In this document: positions 24,061 to 38,000 of the stretch, in pieces
Position numbering within the stretch: position 1 is the first letter of the stretch
How the letters are laid out: each line of letters starts with the position of its first letter
Source of the DNA: Balanoglossus misakiensis
Taxonomy: Eukaryota > Animalia > Hemichordata
Length of the DNA: 64,000 bases
Direction: 5' to 3'
Assembly: GCA_040954595.2 (NCBI GenBank)
Contig: CM082576.2
Location: 9,055,129-9,119,128, forward strand
Translations under genes and position numbers: made by a program
Notes under the pieces: generated by a model
Told to the model about the DNA's origin: nothing
The model's input: the letters and a program-made list of their open reading frames with translations, nothing else
The model's database searches: none

Positions 24061-27000
24061 ATGCAACGGACAGAATGGCCGAGCCCTTTTGTCAGTGCAG
24101 CGAAAGTCCTGGGGTTCGGATTAACGTGTGTTTGTATAGTTGTTTATTTGGGAGTGGTCGTCGTGCATAATGACTGTGTAATTGCTCTCATGTACACAGA
24201 AAATAATTGAACACTTCACACTTCCACGCGATTGACAACTGTTTGAATGGCGTGGTTATTGTTTCCCAGGGACGCTTCTGAAAAGCACTGAAACCAGATT
24301 TCTCCCAAAATCATCGTTGTTTCATAAGCTCGTGTACTTTTTCGTCGATAACTTTATGTTGTGTGTGTTTATAAAGCCAACTACTGTCGTTGTGTGGTGT
24401 AATTCTTTATGCTTGGACCTGTTTGGGCCGATTTTCATAGAGCCAAGATCGTTGGTGTTGTCTGTTGTCAGTCAAACGGCATTAAGATTCGCCACTGATT
24501 TGGGGGGTCTTTTATACCCCGCACCGGGGTTTAACGGACATAACGGGCCAGGGAACCAAAATTGACCTGACCTTTGATGCAAAACGCCTGGAGACAGACA
24601 TAACACAGTCAATGTACAGTTAGGTCGCAATGAAGTTGAAGGCAATCGAGTCAGTTCTTCTGTTTTCCTTATTTTGGCAAATTTATGAAGGCGAAACCGT
24701 ATCTCTTTATGGGTAAGCTTTAATGTTCTAAATTTTAAATGCACAGTTTTGGCAGATGTTATTCACGTAGGCCTATGTCAGTGAACATAAATGGCTGCTA
24801 TAAGTTAGTAAGAGACTTGTGGCGGCCAAGAAATTTTCTTTGTAAAACCTGGAACCTATAGATTTGGCGCGTAATACTGTGACGGGTACAGTAGTATTCC
24901 ATGGCAAAAAGATCTGTGTTGACACTATTAATTCTTCATTAGTGTTTGGGCACAATCTGACACCGGCTCCTTCCTCCACAACACACCCTATATGGACTGC
25001 ATTGTCCTAAATTCAAGCAATACTGCTACTGCGCATTTGGTATAGATTCTGAACGTCATCCGGGAGTCCAGTCTCAACCAAATTTACAAACATAATGATT
25101 TAAGTTTAGTAGTATTAATTTATTTGTCCCATCTTTTGCTCAAGTCAACTTTAGATTACCCTTTCTTAAATTTGTTAATGAGGGATCATCTGATGAAAAT
25201 ATATTGCATCATTTATTTTAAGGGATGGCGTTTGCACGATGACGTCATCAAGGGTAGTTACTTACCAGAAATCAGTGAAAGTCAGCTACTCTCAAGGATA
25301 TCACACCAACTGTGGCTTGTTTGGATGGCAAGCGTGCACTAAATACAGGTATTCTCTTTACTGTTTTCCCGCCTCTTCTTCTGACACACTAAAACTTACA
25401 AAAATTGTCACCGCTATGTACAATATATGACATAGCAAGTGATTGCCGGGCACAATCATACTAAGATGTCGATTGATCGAACACCTATTTGCCCTTTAAG
25501 GCAAACATGAAGAAGATACGCATGTGCTTCTTACCTCACTTTATTAGAACTGCGTCACGTTTTCTCAGTTTCGGACCCCTCTGTGCCGCATTTCAGATTG
25601 AAACAAAGACCTTGGTTTTCGTTATTTTAGGGTGGCATACAAGACGGAATATGTAACCGATAGCCGCATTGAATACTACATACAATATTTTTGCTGCGAT
25701 GGTTACTTCCAAGTCGGTGACGAATGTATAGGTATTGTATTTTCAAATCTTTTAGAGATTCTATGGTGCAGACAGAGATACACACATACACATTCAAACG
25801 CACAGACAGACAGACAGAACTCCGGGTATGACATAAGCAGGAGCTAATATGGTGACTCTATTCGAGAAGAAAGTGTGCATATTGCACCCTAAAATGGTGC
25901 GAATTTTCCTTAACACACAGATCCATGTGAAGAGCATGAAATCCTGGATCAAACGTGGCGAAGTATGTTTCTCCCGCTGGACGTCGACAAGGGCGCCAGG
26001 TGCGACAGTCCGTGGGAGGAGCAGTGGTATAGATTCAACAGCAGTGCCGGTGGGAAAATGGCGGATGTCTGTGTGCTGCCCGGATATTGCGGCACTGATT
26101 TGCCAGTGTGGATGGACGGCAAGTACATTTTCATGCCACTTGTAAGACATATGTGGTAAACAGACAAAGAAACAAAAAGTTTAGTTTGCGGCAGCAGAAT
26201 ATTTTAGCCGTGTCATGTCATGTCGTGTCGTGAGAGTTGTTTTGATTCGCTGCACAAGAACCTGTATATTCCCCTTTCATTGCAGGATCACCGTTGCCAG
26301 GCGACGCCGAAATTGTCGTTCGGAGAGCTTGTGTCGCGACTGATGACGAAACCTGCTGCGGACAGTGGTGGGATATCTCGGTCAAGAGCTGCTCAGACTT
26401 CAACGTGTATTACTTACCGGAAGTCCACTCGTGCAATATGGCATACTGTGAAGGTAGGTAAATCAACAGGTGTCTCTGACGATGTCGAACTGACAGCGGT
26501 AATAATAGCAGCCTATTACTACAGCTGACAGTTCACCTGCAACACTTGACAATGACACCTGTGGGTAAATGTACATCCTTCTGTACTTTCCTCGCTGAAT
26601 CCGGCGATATAGATTTTGGCTTCACGCAAGTGCTATGCATCCTCAATTCTTCGTGTTAAGGAATTTCATCTAGTTTACTGTACGCTATAATAAACCCACA
26701 AACATGTCGTTAAACTTGTTTCACCTAGTACCTTTTTCATCATAAGTTTTGGTGCTAGCTCCATCACACGGCTTTCTATAAATAATCATTACCATGGAAG
26801 AACGGAAACGGGACCCAAAACTGTGTTTTTGTTTGTAGTAAGTCATATCACTTGGGTGTACGTTCATAGATAAATGACGCATTGCCAGAGTGTAACATAA
26901 CAGATGGTTTCGCTGAATTATGTTTACTACTATTGGTGATCTAAGCATGACTCAGTTTGTAACAGATAAGAAACTGACGAGTGAGATTAAGGGCAGTCTT

Positions 27001-27844
27001 TGCAGGATTGGTCGCTTCTTTGTAACACTGCGGCTCACTTATAATGGTCGCAGGCCTCAGTAGTGTTACCAGATCGGGTATTTCACGAAACCGTCAAGAC
27101 TTTTTCACAACGGTGACACCCCTATAAACCCAAAACGAAAGTGTTTAGTAGGTTCAGATATCGTATAACTGGTCTACTGGAGAGATATGGTCCCTTATAA
27201 CAGATTACCTGGGCGCTTGTACGGAGATTGGGCCTACGATCGGTTATCTTGAGACATGGCTAATGAACTGAATTGAATGAATACCTCGTATTCCAATCTT
27301 CGAATAATCGCCAAGGTTACTGTTTAAATAATTTTTAAAAGGAATTACGAAACACCGCGTGTATAATATTCATGTCTTGTGTAACATTATTTGTATATAC
27401 AGATGTATACTTTACATGCGTATTTGTATCACATGTATTTTCTGTGTTAATATGCCGTGTACGTGTAAATGAATACATTACTTGTTGAATTTAATGTTGG
27501 TCTCGTTCTTGTTGAAGAATGATACTTTAAGTCATTCTGTGAGCACACAGTAGGCCTAATTGACTGACGAGCGTTTTAATTTGAAAGAGTGCTGAAAGTG
27601 GCATATATTGGAAGCGACAACATTGTATTTAGTGAGGTGAGTAATTCTTTTCCGAAATTACCAGGCCTTTAGCTGGCACAGGCGTTACAAATCGCTATTA
27701 ATATTGTGGAATTATCCACCACATTCTCATAAACTTGGAAAGCCGTTTGCTTTGCTACTGCGTCTCTGCTATGAATACTAACAACAGAATGAATTTCTAA
27801 TTGAAATATGTATTTCATTTTTTTCAGATGAGTCGACAGTCTGA
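24061..27844 (+). CDS. Small extracellular protein with an EMI domain and a UMOD/GP2/OIT3-type D8C domain (N-terminal exon tentative)
   Basis: Exons 25223-25348 (DGVCTMTSSRVVTYQKSVKVSYSQGYHTNCGLFGWQACTKYR) and 25631-25731 (VAYKTEY...YFCCDGYFQVGDECI) give the EMI Cys pattern. Exons 25921-26118 (DPCEEHEILDQTWRS...WYRF...CGTDLPVWMDG) and 26286-26453 (...RRACV...CC...ISVKSCSDFNVYYL...CNMAYCE) give D8C. Probable last exon 27828-27844 (DESTV*). Tentative first exon 24061-~24177 has a hydrophobic stretch (VLGFGLTCVCIVVYLGVVVV), but its link to the EMI exon is unresolved. Confidence 0.8.
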
Positions 27845-28329
27845 CGAGATTTGCCCAAACTGATAAGTTGGTGTTAAACCGGTCAAGACGTTTTATGCGA
27901 TGGAAACAGCTAATTATGTATATGAGATAACACGTTATTGTTCTGTAATCGAATCAGGCCTTGCAACCATGGAGAAAACAGACTTGTTTGCTTGCTTTTA
28001 ACTGACGTGCTGTACAAAAATAGCAGATTACCCAATGGGAGTCATCGCATGAGAGTTGGGCCGCATCACACCGTCAATGACAATGTATGCATGTGGATAT
28101 GAACTATCAACACGACTCGCACGTAGTCAAGATCCGGGTCCAGAGGGCATCTTTGTTTCGTGCTAAGAGAACTATAGATTATCTCTACAAACAGAGGCGC
28201 ATCAATTTATCAATGCGGTGACATGTGTGTTCAAGTATAATGTAAATCTCCGTACACGCATATCAAAAATGACGTGGTGAAGTTATCAGTGATGGTCTTA
28301 ATTTGTCTCCAAACAGCACGGTTCATATT

Positions 28330-28452
28330 TCCTTCCTTCCTTCCTTCCCTCCCTCCCTCGTTCCTTCCTTTCTTCATCCATTCCACCCTTCCTTCCTTCC
28401 ATCCTCCCTCCCTCCCCCTCCCTTCCTTCCCTCCTCCCCCGTCCTCTTCCTC
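28330..28452. repeat. (TTCC/CCCT)n pyrimidine-rich low-complexity tract
   Basis: Degenerate TTCC/CTCC array between the convergent 3' ends of the EMI-D8C gene and CFAP70. Confidence 0.9.
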
Positions 28453-29071
28453 TGTCATTATTTCATTCTACCGTGCAACAATGATATTTGTACAAAATAC
28501 CGGTATATTTTCAAATAGAAGAAACCAGCTATGTTCTCCACAACACACAATTGACGCACCTGCACACGAAAATGTTATCAAGGCAAAATCTTTTATTTAT
28601 AAGTACATCACAGTGATTATTTGATTAAAAAATAACAAATAGTGACAAAATAACAACTAAGAGGCTTAAAAGTTTTAAAAAGACAAGTATATTTTTCGTA
28701 TATACAAATTGGTTCTCCTGCAAGTCAAGACGCCATGAGAAGTACATGTGTATATGTTACAAGGTCAAAACACAAAATGTTACATAAAATGGCATTTGGA
28801 TGACATGTATACAAGGGGTGTAAGATCACAGTAAAAGTCTGTCTGACCGATGATGCTTCAAGTGTCCTGTACATTGTAAGACTCTTCAGAAAAAAACCCA
28901 TCACATCCTCCCCACCTCTATAACTTGTATATTATCAAAAAGTCCATTGGTTTCTTCTACACCTGGCCTTTTTCCACTCGCCAGAGAATGGGGAAAGTTG
29001 GCAAAAAAGTCAACATTTTGCCATGCACTGATGCAATCATGCATTATTTTTTTCCGATGAAGTTTTTTTTC

Positions 29072-32000
29072 TTAAAACTGTGGATCACCAAAGCCTACTT
29101 CTTCCTGTACTTGGTGGATCTCAGCCAGGAGATCTTCGTCTTGGAGTCCCACCTTGAGGGCGTACTTGTAAGCCTGCTCGGACTCCAGCTGGCGATTGGT
29201 TTTCAGACAGACCAGAGAGAGGTAACCCCAGACTTCAGAGTCGGTGTTGTTGAGGATGTTCGCCTCCGAGAGAGCGTCCTCAGCTTCTCCAAGTTCACCA
29301 AGCTGCAAAATAGTTTTTAAAAGTCAGGAAACTACAAAAAAAAAAAGACATGCATAACACTCAACAGGCAACCTTCTATAGTCTTTTGTAGAGGTCGCAA
29401 ACCTTCAAGTTTCTGGAGATGAAGCGACAGTACTACATGCCTTTGTGATCACTGAATTTATTAGTGAGGGACAATACAGCCTGTACAAATTCCACAGTTT
29501 CTACCAGAGCAACTAAGGCCTAATTTTGGTCTAATTTCTTTCACATTTGGCTTAAAAGATATAAAGATATACTTGGCATTTTCATTGGCCACTCACAAAA
29601 TGTACTAAAGGGTGAAATAGAGTATTGTGTTGCATAAACAAATCATAGCTGATATTGAGACAAGGGCCTTCACATATATAGGTCTTACCCTATAACAGGC
29701 AATGCCAACTCCCAGCCAAGACACACAGGACGGAGATTTCTTGCAGGCCAAGAGGAATGTGTTCTTAGCATCCTCGTACTGAAACAGCCAAGAAAAGGAT
29801 AAAGTTGACATTATTCTCTGTACACAATTTCTTATAGTGGAAAAGGTGTCTCATATTTGGGCACATGTTCCCTGGAAAAATTATCCTGCAAACTGTTCAA
29901 GATCATACACACAAAATACTGAATTTGGATTGATCGGAAATGCAGTAACTCATATTCAAGCAATAAAATTATCAAAATAAAGAGACAGGGAAAATGTAGA
30001 AAAACAACAACAGAAACCCAGTTTTGTTCAGAGGCTGGATCTGGCAGACCCCACTGTCATGTGGAAATTTGGCACTTGGGATTTCAGTGAACTATTGACA
30101 GACCACAGAGGGCGCTGTTTCTCACCTTTCCTTCTTGCAGATAGATGGAAGCCAGTCGGAGATAGATGGAGTGCATCTCCCTGGCATCGGCAACAAAGGA
30201 GAGGGTTCTCTCGTAGCAGCTCTTAGCTTCCACAATGTCGCCCTCTAAGTAGCGCAGGTGACCGCTGATGGCCCAGGCATCGGGATCCTTGGTGCAAAGA
30301 AAACAAAAGAAGTCGTATTTTCATCTCAACGAACTGATAAAGAAGATCTCCACAGTCATTGCAAGAGTCATTAAACCAAAATGAAGCAGAATAGCTAGTC
30401 CATCCCAAAGAACGGTGTTATATTTCTATTTACCTGGTGGTCCAAGACAAGTGCTTCCTGCAAGTTTTCTTTGGCGTCGTCCAGTTCTTTCTTCTGCAAC
30501 TTGAGTCTCGCCAAAGCTACGTGGTACGCGGCACTCGGACCTCCAGTTGGTGACAGAAGTTCATGTGACAGTGCTATCTCGCAGAACTGCAAATAAAAAA
30601 ATCAGCATGACAAGCATAAGTAGAGCACATGACACTAACAATGATCGTTTTGCTTTCGATCTGCAGGGGACATTTCAAAGTCCGGTAGCCTGCAGATAAT
30701 TTCAACTTTAAAAAAAATTTTTTTAAATTTTTTTCCAACATACTTTCATAGCTTTGACTTCCAGCAGGAAATCCACCGCGATCATGAATATGCCAGTCTC
30801 TGGGACCGGTGTGGGTTCCCTTGGAGGGATTTCTTCTTCAAACGGTGTGCCCTGCACGCTGCCCTCTGCAGGTTGGCTGGTGGGTCGGTTGCTCTGAGCG
30901 CTCTGCTTTCGGCCGTCTGGAGCTGAAAACATCACAACGACCACACAATTGGTTACTTCTATTGATAATTACATATTACAGGCATACCTGAGATAGCTAC
31001 GTATATATACATGTATATGGACATAATGCACCAGTTTAAACCCAAGACTTTGATGAATGAAGTAACCCGCGACACATAGCATGGCATTATTATTTGTCAA
31101 CTTTGTACCAAATTAATTATTGCTTTCTCAAGCACAAGATATTTTTTCTGGGTATAAAAATGGAATAAAAATTCTGCACACAGAGGTTAACACGAAATCT
31201 GAATGCATTTTTTTAGGGGGAGGGCAAGATTGTAAACTTGAACACTTGTGAGCACGCTACACATGTCACAGAACAAGAAAATAGAATCAACCTCATCACT
31301 GGTAAACTTGAAGGAAAATGGCCCACAATCCCACTTGGCATTTACAAATAAAATAAACTGGCCCGCTTTCCATGCGCAGTGGAGTAATCCTGTTGCTTCC
31401 CTGGTTTTGAGGGTTACTCCACTCCGTGTGGAATAGGGGGTGGGGGTGGGGATAGGATGGTAGATTTATTCAGCCATGCAGCCTGCTACTAGTATGGACC
31501 CTTAGGATAAACCACACCATGCCCAAGCCATGAACAACATCAGGAATAACACATACAACACCACCGGCAACTGTGTGTGTGTGAACACTGACATATACCA
31601 CCCACAATAAACTAAAGACTATTATAAAATGCCATGATTTAAACACAGCGACATCTACAACACCAAGCGACACAGAGATCAGTTACATGTCTTGAATCTG
31701 GTCTTGTGGCGAAGCCCTGAACCCCAAAAGGCATCATGGACAAACAATGAATACACATGAAGAATGTAGAAATGGAAAAAAAAAGATTACGCTGAAGTGC
31801 CAACAAAAGTCATCACGAATAACATCAACGGACAAAACATCTACCCAAAGCTGTACATAACACTCATGTTTAGCAGACAAAATACATCATAAAAAAAACA
31901 CTCAAGTTCGTTACACGCAGCAAAACTCCCCAGTTTCAGAATATTATAGCAAGACATCTGATTCAACTCGTTGCTACTCTGAGAAATGTTCACCAACAGA

Positions 32001-35000
32001 CACAGACGTCCAAACTTCTCAGTTTGGGAATGGAAACAAGCAAGATGTTATTATGGTAGAAGAAAAACAGCACCGTAACATGACCACCCTGAAATGAATG
32101 TAGATGGCTAGTAGTAGTACTGTACATTGTAAGAGTTTCACAGTCAAGTCGGAAAGGAATGTGGAAGCAGTTTTCATCAACTAATGGGCAGCCTTCAACG
32201 CAGTTTTCTTCCAACAGCTTGTTTTCTTTTCATCTGGAAACATGCATTTTACTACAATGCCAAATAATTTGAAAAAAAAACTAAACGGTTTGAAATCAAG
32301 ATGGTAGTTGTTTGTTACAGAGGAAAAATGCTGAGACCCCATTATGTTCTCGTTTTGCTGTACATAAATGTTCTCAATACATGCACAGAAAAATTGGCCA
32401 CCTGCTTCTTGATTCCACATTCCTTCCACAGAAATTACACCAGTCTTTTTTTCTTTCATACATGAAAGCCGCACAGAGCCCACAGATTTGTTAAGCAACA
32501 AAATAAAAAACAAATATAAATGTGCAAAGCAGAGGCAAACATAGAATAAGATATGTTAGTTGGATTAAGACTTTTAGAGCAATGCAGCACTCTCATTGGA
32601 AGTTGTCTTGTTGAGGTTACCTTTGTCCATTTGAAGAAGTGAATGCATAGAATCTGAAGAGAAAAGCCATCTAGTTACTGAGCTATACTCCACAAATTAC
32701 AAGGTGGTGTTATTATAATACACACCGATGTATTCGTCAATTGCATAAGTGCTTAATTATTTAAAAAAAAATAATAAAGTTGATGTTGAACACAGATAGG
32801 TATGTATTAGGCTGTGTCGAAACATTGAAAGAAAAATTGTGCATTTCTTCACATGCTTAAGTCTCGTGTGTAGCTAAAATTTCATGCGTATGTCATTTTT
32901 AAGTGCTGTGCATTGTCCAGACTGCCATGCGCAGCGTGTGGTGCTGGCTGTACGGATGGGTAAACATCGGGTAGATATTCTCTCCTCCAAACACAGTTCA
33001 ACCCTATGTCTATATCCCCTGCTAAACGCAGTTCAATTCTATTATTTATTCTGATTTCAACTCACCTGATTTAGATGAAACTGACAGCTTCTTCTTGTGG
33101 GCCGAGGAGACACTTCCTGGCTTCTCTTTGCCCGACTTGTGAGACTTGCCACTCTCTGATGGAGTCGCTGGAGTTTTCACCACTGAGAGGAGGGAGAAAA
33201 TACATATCAGTCTTTGGCAATTTCCAAGGTGTATGAAAGCGATTGGTACAGGCCAGTTGTAGGCCGATGAAAAAAGCATGTCTCACATCACACTGATATA
33301 TATACATTAACGCCACCCAGTAGTAATTATTTTACATTGTAAAACAGCAAATGTGGGTTGTCTGCCTTGCATGACTTAACACATCAGGGACAATTATCAA
33401 CACACCTTTTTCTCTTTCTGGTTCCGCATCCCCACCATCCATGGCGTTCTCTTTCTCGGTTTCCTCCGGGCCCACTGATTTCACTTTGGCCGCCGCATTG
33501 GCAACGTTTCTCTTGTTGGCCTCCTGAAAGGCAAACTCTGCCTGGATGTCGTTCTCGATGCCGTCATAAAACAGACCTTGATAGAAGAAGGGGGGGGGGG
33601 GGGAGGGAATAACAGACATAAAATTGAATCCCACATGATATCAGTCACTGTCCAAATACAATATCCACTAGCCTTAATGATGAATATCAATGATGATAAT
33701 ATTTTTAAGTTCACAAAATAACCTACCCAGTAACGTCCAAGCCAGAGTGCTGTTGGGGTCAACGTTGGTCGCAGTCTCGAAGAATGTTTCGGCGACATCG
33801 TTTCTCTCTTCCATCGCACAGACGATACCGTACAACAGAAGGCCATTCACATGGTTCTGATTTATTGAGACGGTTTCCTTGAAGCACTCTTCAGCCTTGG
33901 GGAGACAAAAAAAAAAGGGGGGGGGGCAAAAACTGAAGTAAGCTGCTGATATTCAGAATATTGGTATTTCATAACTGTATATCAATCTTATAGAATTGCC
34001 GTATTTGGATTTAATTAGCATATGCAAAATGGGCCAATCAACAGTCAATTATATATACATGTACATTAATTCATTATTTATGTCTGAATAGTTATTATTC
34101 TTGCACACATCCCTCATCAATGTGTCAGTTGAATTGATCCGGTCATGAGTGCAACATATTACACCAGGCACACATCTGGGAGAATTACATGTAGTCATGA
34201 ACTTACTTTGGTAATGTCGTTAATCAGCAGGCAGAATGTACCATAGTCAAACCAATGGTCTGCTTCATTCCTGTTACGAGCTATCCTCTGTGAACGGTCA
34301 AAATCGAAGGAAAACAAATTAATACACACATCAAAACTGTATCCACTTTCGGAATGAATGAATGAAAGTTTCTTGTCATCAGACTGCACATTATGATATT
34401 GTCACAAAGTCTGCTGACAGAGAAACTCCTACAATACACTTATAGTATAGCCTGTGAATAATGTATGTGTATACGTGACACAATGTGGTAGCCATAACTT
34501 GTCCAACAATCCTAAAGAACCGCCTACCTCCTGATAGTACTTCGAAGCCGCTTCAAAGTTCTCATTGACTTCAGCCTCTCTGGCGAAGTGTTTGAGCTGA
34601 GCGCTGTCGGTCAGCGGTGGTGGTACCGGAGTTTCGTCCTCCAGGGACAAGACTTTGCTGAGCCCCGTGTGCATCTGGTCGATAAGGAACACGTTGAGCT
34701 CGCTCAGGAATGTGTGCAGCTCTTCCTTGTCTGTGAACGTTGTCGTCTTCAGGTATTTCTCGCGGACGATTTTCACCACAGAGTGCTTCAAAGAGGATCA
34801 GTAAAATTGTTGTGAAATAACTGACAATGAAAAAATTTCGACCATGCGCGAGTTTTTGTCATCATACCCACCATAAACATGCAGCTCTCATTTCAACCCT
34901 AATTTGGGACACAAAGAGGTTAGTACTTTTATAAATCAGAGACAAGACTCACCAATCTGCAAGACATTTTATAGCATATCTTTTTTTTATCTCAGAAGGG

Positions 35001-38000
35001 CCATGCATATCACTTCAATCACAGTACAGAATAACGTTAACATGCAATACCATTTATGAAATGCTCCCCCAAATTTTGAAATGTGTGCTACCAGCGTTAA
35101 ACAAAACAAAACAAAACAATGACTAATTCGTTTTGCAGTTTTTCTGAGATGGAATATTCCATATCTCCACTTTCCTTTGGGAGAGCTCTCTTGAAACAAG
35201 CTCTGTCACCGTCTGGTTGCACAGAACAAGCGAACCACTTCAATCCATTTACTATCAGAACAATGCAAGGTTAATTTTTTGACTTTCTAGTTGTCGTCAC
35301 AGTTCTGTTTTTGGGAGTGCGAAAAAACATCAACTCCCAAACAGCTTTTGGTTCCATGACCTCCAGATCAACAGCATGCAACAGGCACAAGAGCATAACA
35401 GCAAAAAGAGATTTTTCACACAAGAGGCAGCACACAGCAACAGTCAGTAGAGGAACATGGAGATCACATGCAACTTGGCCTGCATCTATCACTCCTGGAA
35501 CTTTGTCATTCAAAAAGTATTTCTGCCACACTGCTTTTGCCAAGAACAAAAAGTTAATGCAAACCCCAGCAATTCCCCCATCACCAGCAGCAAAAAAAAA
35601 TCAGTGTTAAAGTTTTCCATTTTCTGAAGCAAAAACATCACTACTGAAAAAAGTTGAACACACAGCATTGAAACGTATTATTTAATGCGTGCATTAAAAT
35701 GCAGGGGGGGGGGGGGAAATGTGCATGTGAGGTGTTTTTCCGAAGAGGGGAAGAGAGCATGTGCAAAAAAAGACGGCATTTTGAATGACAAAGTTCCAGG
35801 GTCTCTTCCGCGGTGAAAGTCCCAAAACAAACCTTGAGCTGTTCTTTGAAAGCAAAGTATTTTCCTGAAGTGTTAAGTTCATAAAGCAGTTTACGTCTTC
35901 TCTCATCGGAGGCCTCTGAGCCACTCGGCAGATCACCTTGGATCAGTTCATCTGCAAATAAACCCCTGAAACAGACACGAGAAAGAAGTCATGAAATTGG
36001 AACAAATGGCTTGATTTTCCCCCATATGAATGTATATCAATTGGCACATTGAATGTAAATACATGTACTTATCAAAGTTAAAATTGTACTTAAACGTAAT
36101 ATACTAGCAGACATTGTTTTCATTTTCTTTTCTACTGTGGGCTCACCTTTGTTAGACATTTGAGATGGCCAACATCTGCTTTGGTTACATGCAATACTAT
36201 TTCTAAAAGTAACACATGTCAGTTTCTGCCATTTGCACTGAAAATAATGACACTGACATGATCTTGTCTACAGACAAGGGCCATGTTCACTCATGCAGAT
36301 ATTCTCCAAAATGATATCATTCTGCAATTGATATTCTCACAAAGTCACACTGGAGCTTTTACTGAGTCAAGCATGTCAGATTCAGTCGAATACAACCTGT
36401 TGCCTATCTGCCCAGCAGTTTCAAGCAGCATAGTTTACCTGAATTCTTCCAACACCAGATTTCCCACACTGGCCACTTGATGGTGGAAATCTTCCACTGC
36501 CTTCTGAGCACCGTTTGTCCTCCTTGCAAACAGTGGTCTTGGTGGAATCAACTCCGCAACCCTATGCAAATCACATGAGATGAAAGTACATAAGTTTGAC
36601 CAGTACATGTGTGCATGTAAATGAAGAAACAAGCCACAGCCTGATACTGACCTCTTTGCAAGAACTTCTGGCGGTCTCTTAGGTACCAGTGGTCTGTGCA
36701 GGGTGATCTCCAACATGAGATAACTCTTGGCTTCCACGTACTGCATCCCTTCCAGGTTCTGTGGAGGTGTCACGTCCGTTTCCGATCCGGCATCGGATGT
36801 CGGCTTCAGCATGGATGATGGTTGCTGTGGAAAAATTGCAAGTGTCATTCCGCAATCAGAAAGGGAACTGGGGGTTAACAGTGTTTCATGAAACACTTTT
36901 TATGTGAAAACCCACTTCAACATATGAAATGCTTTAAAAATCTACCAAGGTTAATACTGATCCAGGAATTCCATGGCAACCAATATGGAAACATTACCTT
37001 CTTTGCTGCCTCCTTTTCTTTTTCTTTGCCTCCTTTCTCTTCCTTAGGAGCTTTCCCTCCCTTAGCAAAGGGGGATGCATTTCTGTTCATGGCCGTTGCA
37101 ACCCGCACTGCTTCTTCAGCCAGACCACCTTTACGTTTTGTCTGGAAGCGAAAATAGAAGGGGGGAAAAATCAGAATAATATTTAAAATCGATAAAGTCA
37201 AAATTATCCACAGCATACTACATGCAAAGTTGCCTATTCCCCAAAAAACTGAAACCTAGCTGCAAAGCAGAATGGTATACATGTAAGTACATAGGACAGT
37301 CCTCCACACATGCCAAATTTCATGTCTTGACCTCTTATATATAAGGCAACAAGAGAATACAGCAATCCAAACAAGATGTGAGTAGAATTCTAGTGGTCTC
37401 CCTTGTACAAATAAGGGCAGTAGAGGCGACCATCCTTTGATTTCAGGAAGAACTCTGGCATTCATAGAAAAAAACAAACACGTACTGCTAATAGCACTTT
37501 CCAACCCTTTCATCCCCATTTTCCTATAATGGTCTAACCACTCAACTAGTGGCAACTCAGGACCAGGACAAATTTCGGGTGGTGAAAGGGCTGGGGAGTG
37601 AAAGAGGAAAGCAAGCAACAAATACAAAAGGTTGAATTTTAAAAAAGTACCGGTAGTTCCAGTGGTAGACCCCCCCCCCCCCCCCTCCCCCTATTTTCCA
37701 CTATTAGTACAGACAATATCTTATAATACAAAACCCACTGTGGACCATTCCACTCGCCCGAAAATGGGGTAAATGGATCAGAATATGGGTGACAAGTCAG
37801 CAAAAAGAGAGTTCTATAAAAGAACAGACAGTTCTATAAAGCACAATCAAAAACAGAGTTTAGAAAATTAGACATTTCCAAGCAGTTCATGCTGTATTTT
37901 ATCCAAGAATAAACTTCTAGCAGACACTCAAATTTCATTTGAAAAGGCTCCTTCTACCTCTGCTTGGAGTTCTTTCACATACATAAGTGTCCGGTATGCT

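Noticed and set aside
28231-28624. Gly/Glu- and Pro/Ser-rich ORFs on both strands
   Set aside because: Produced by the (TTCC)n low-complexity tract.
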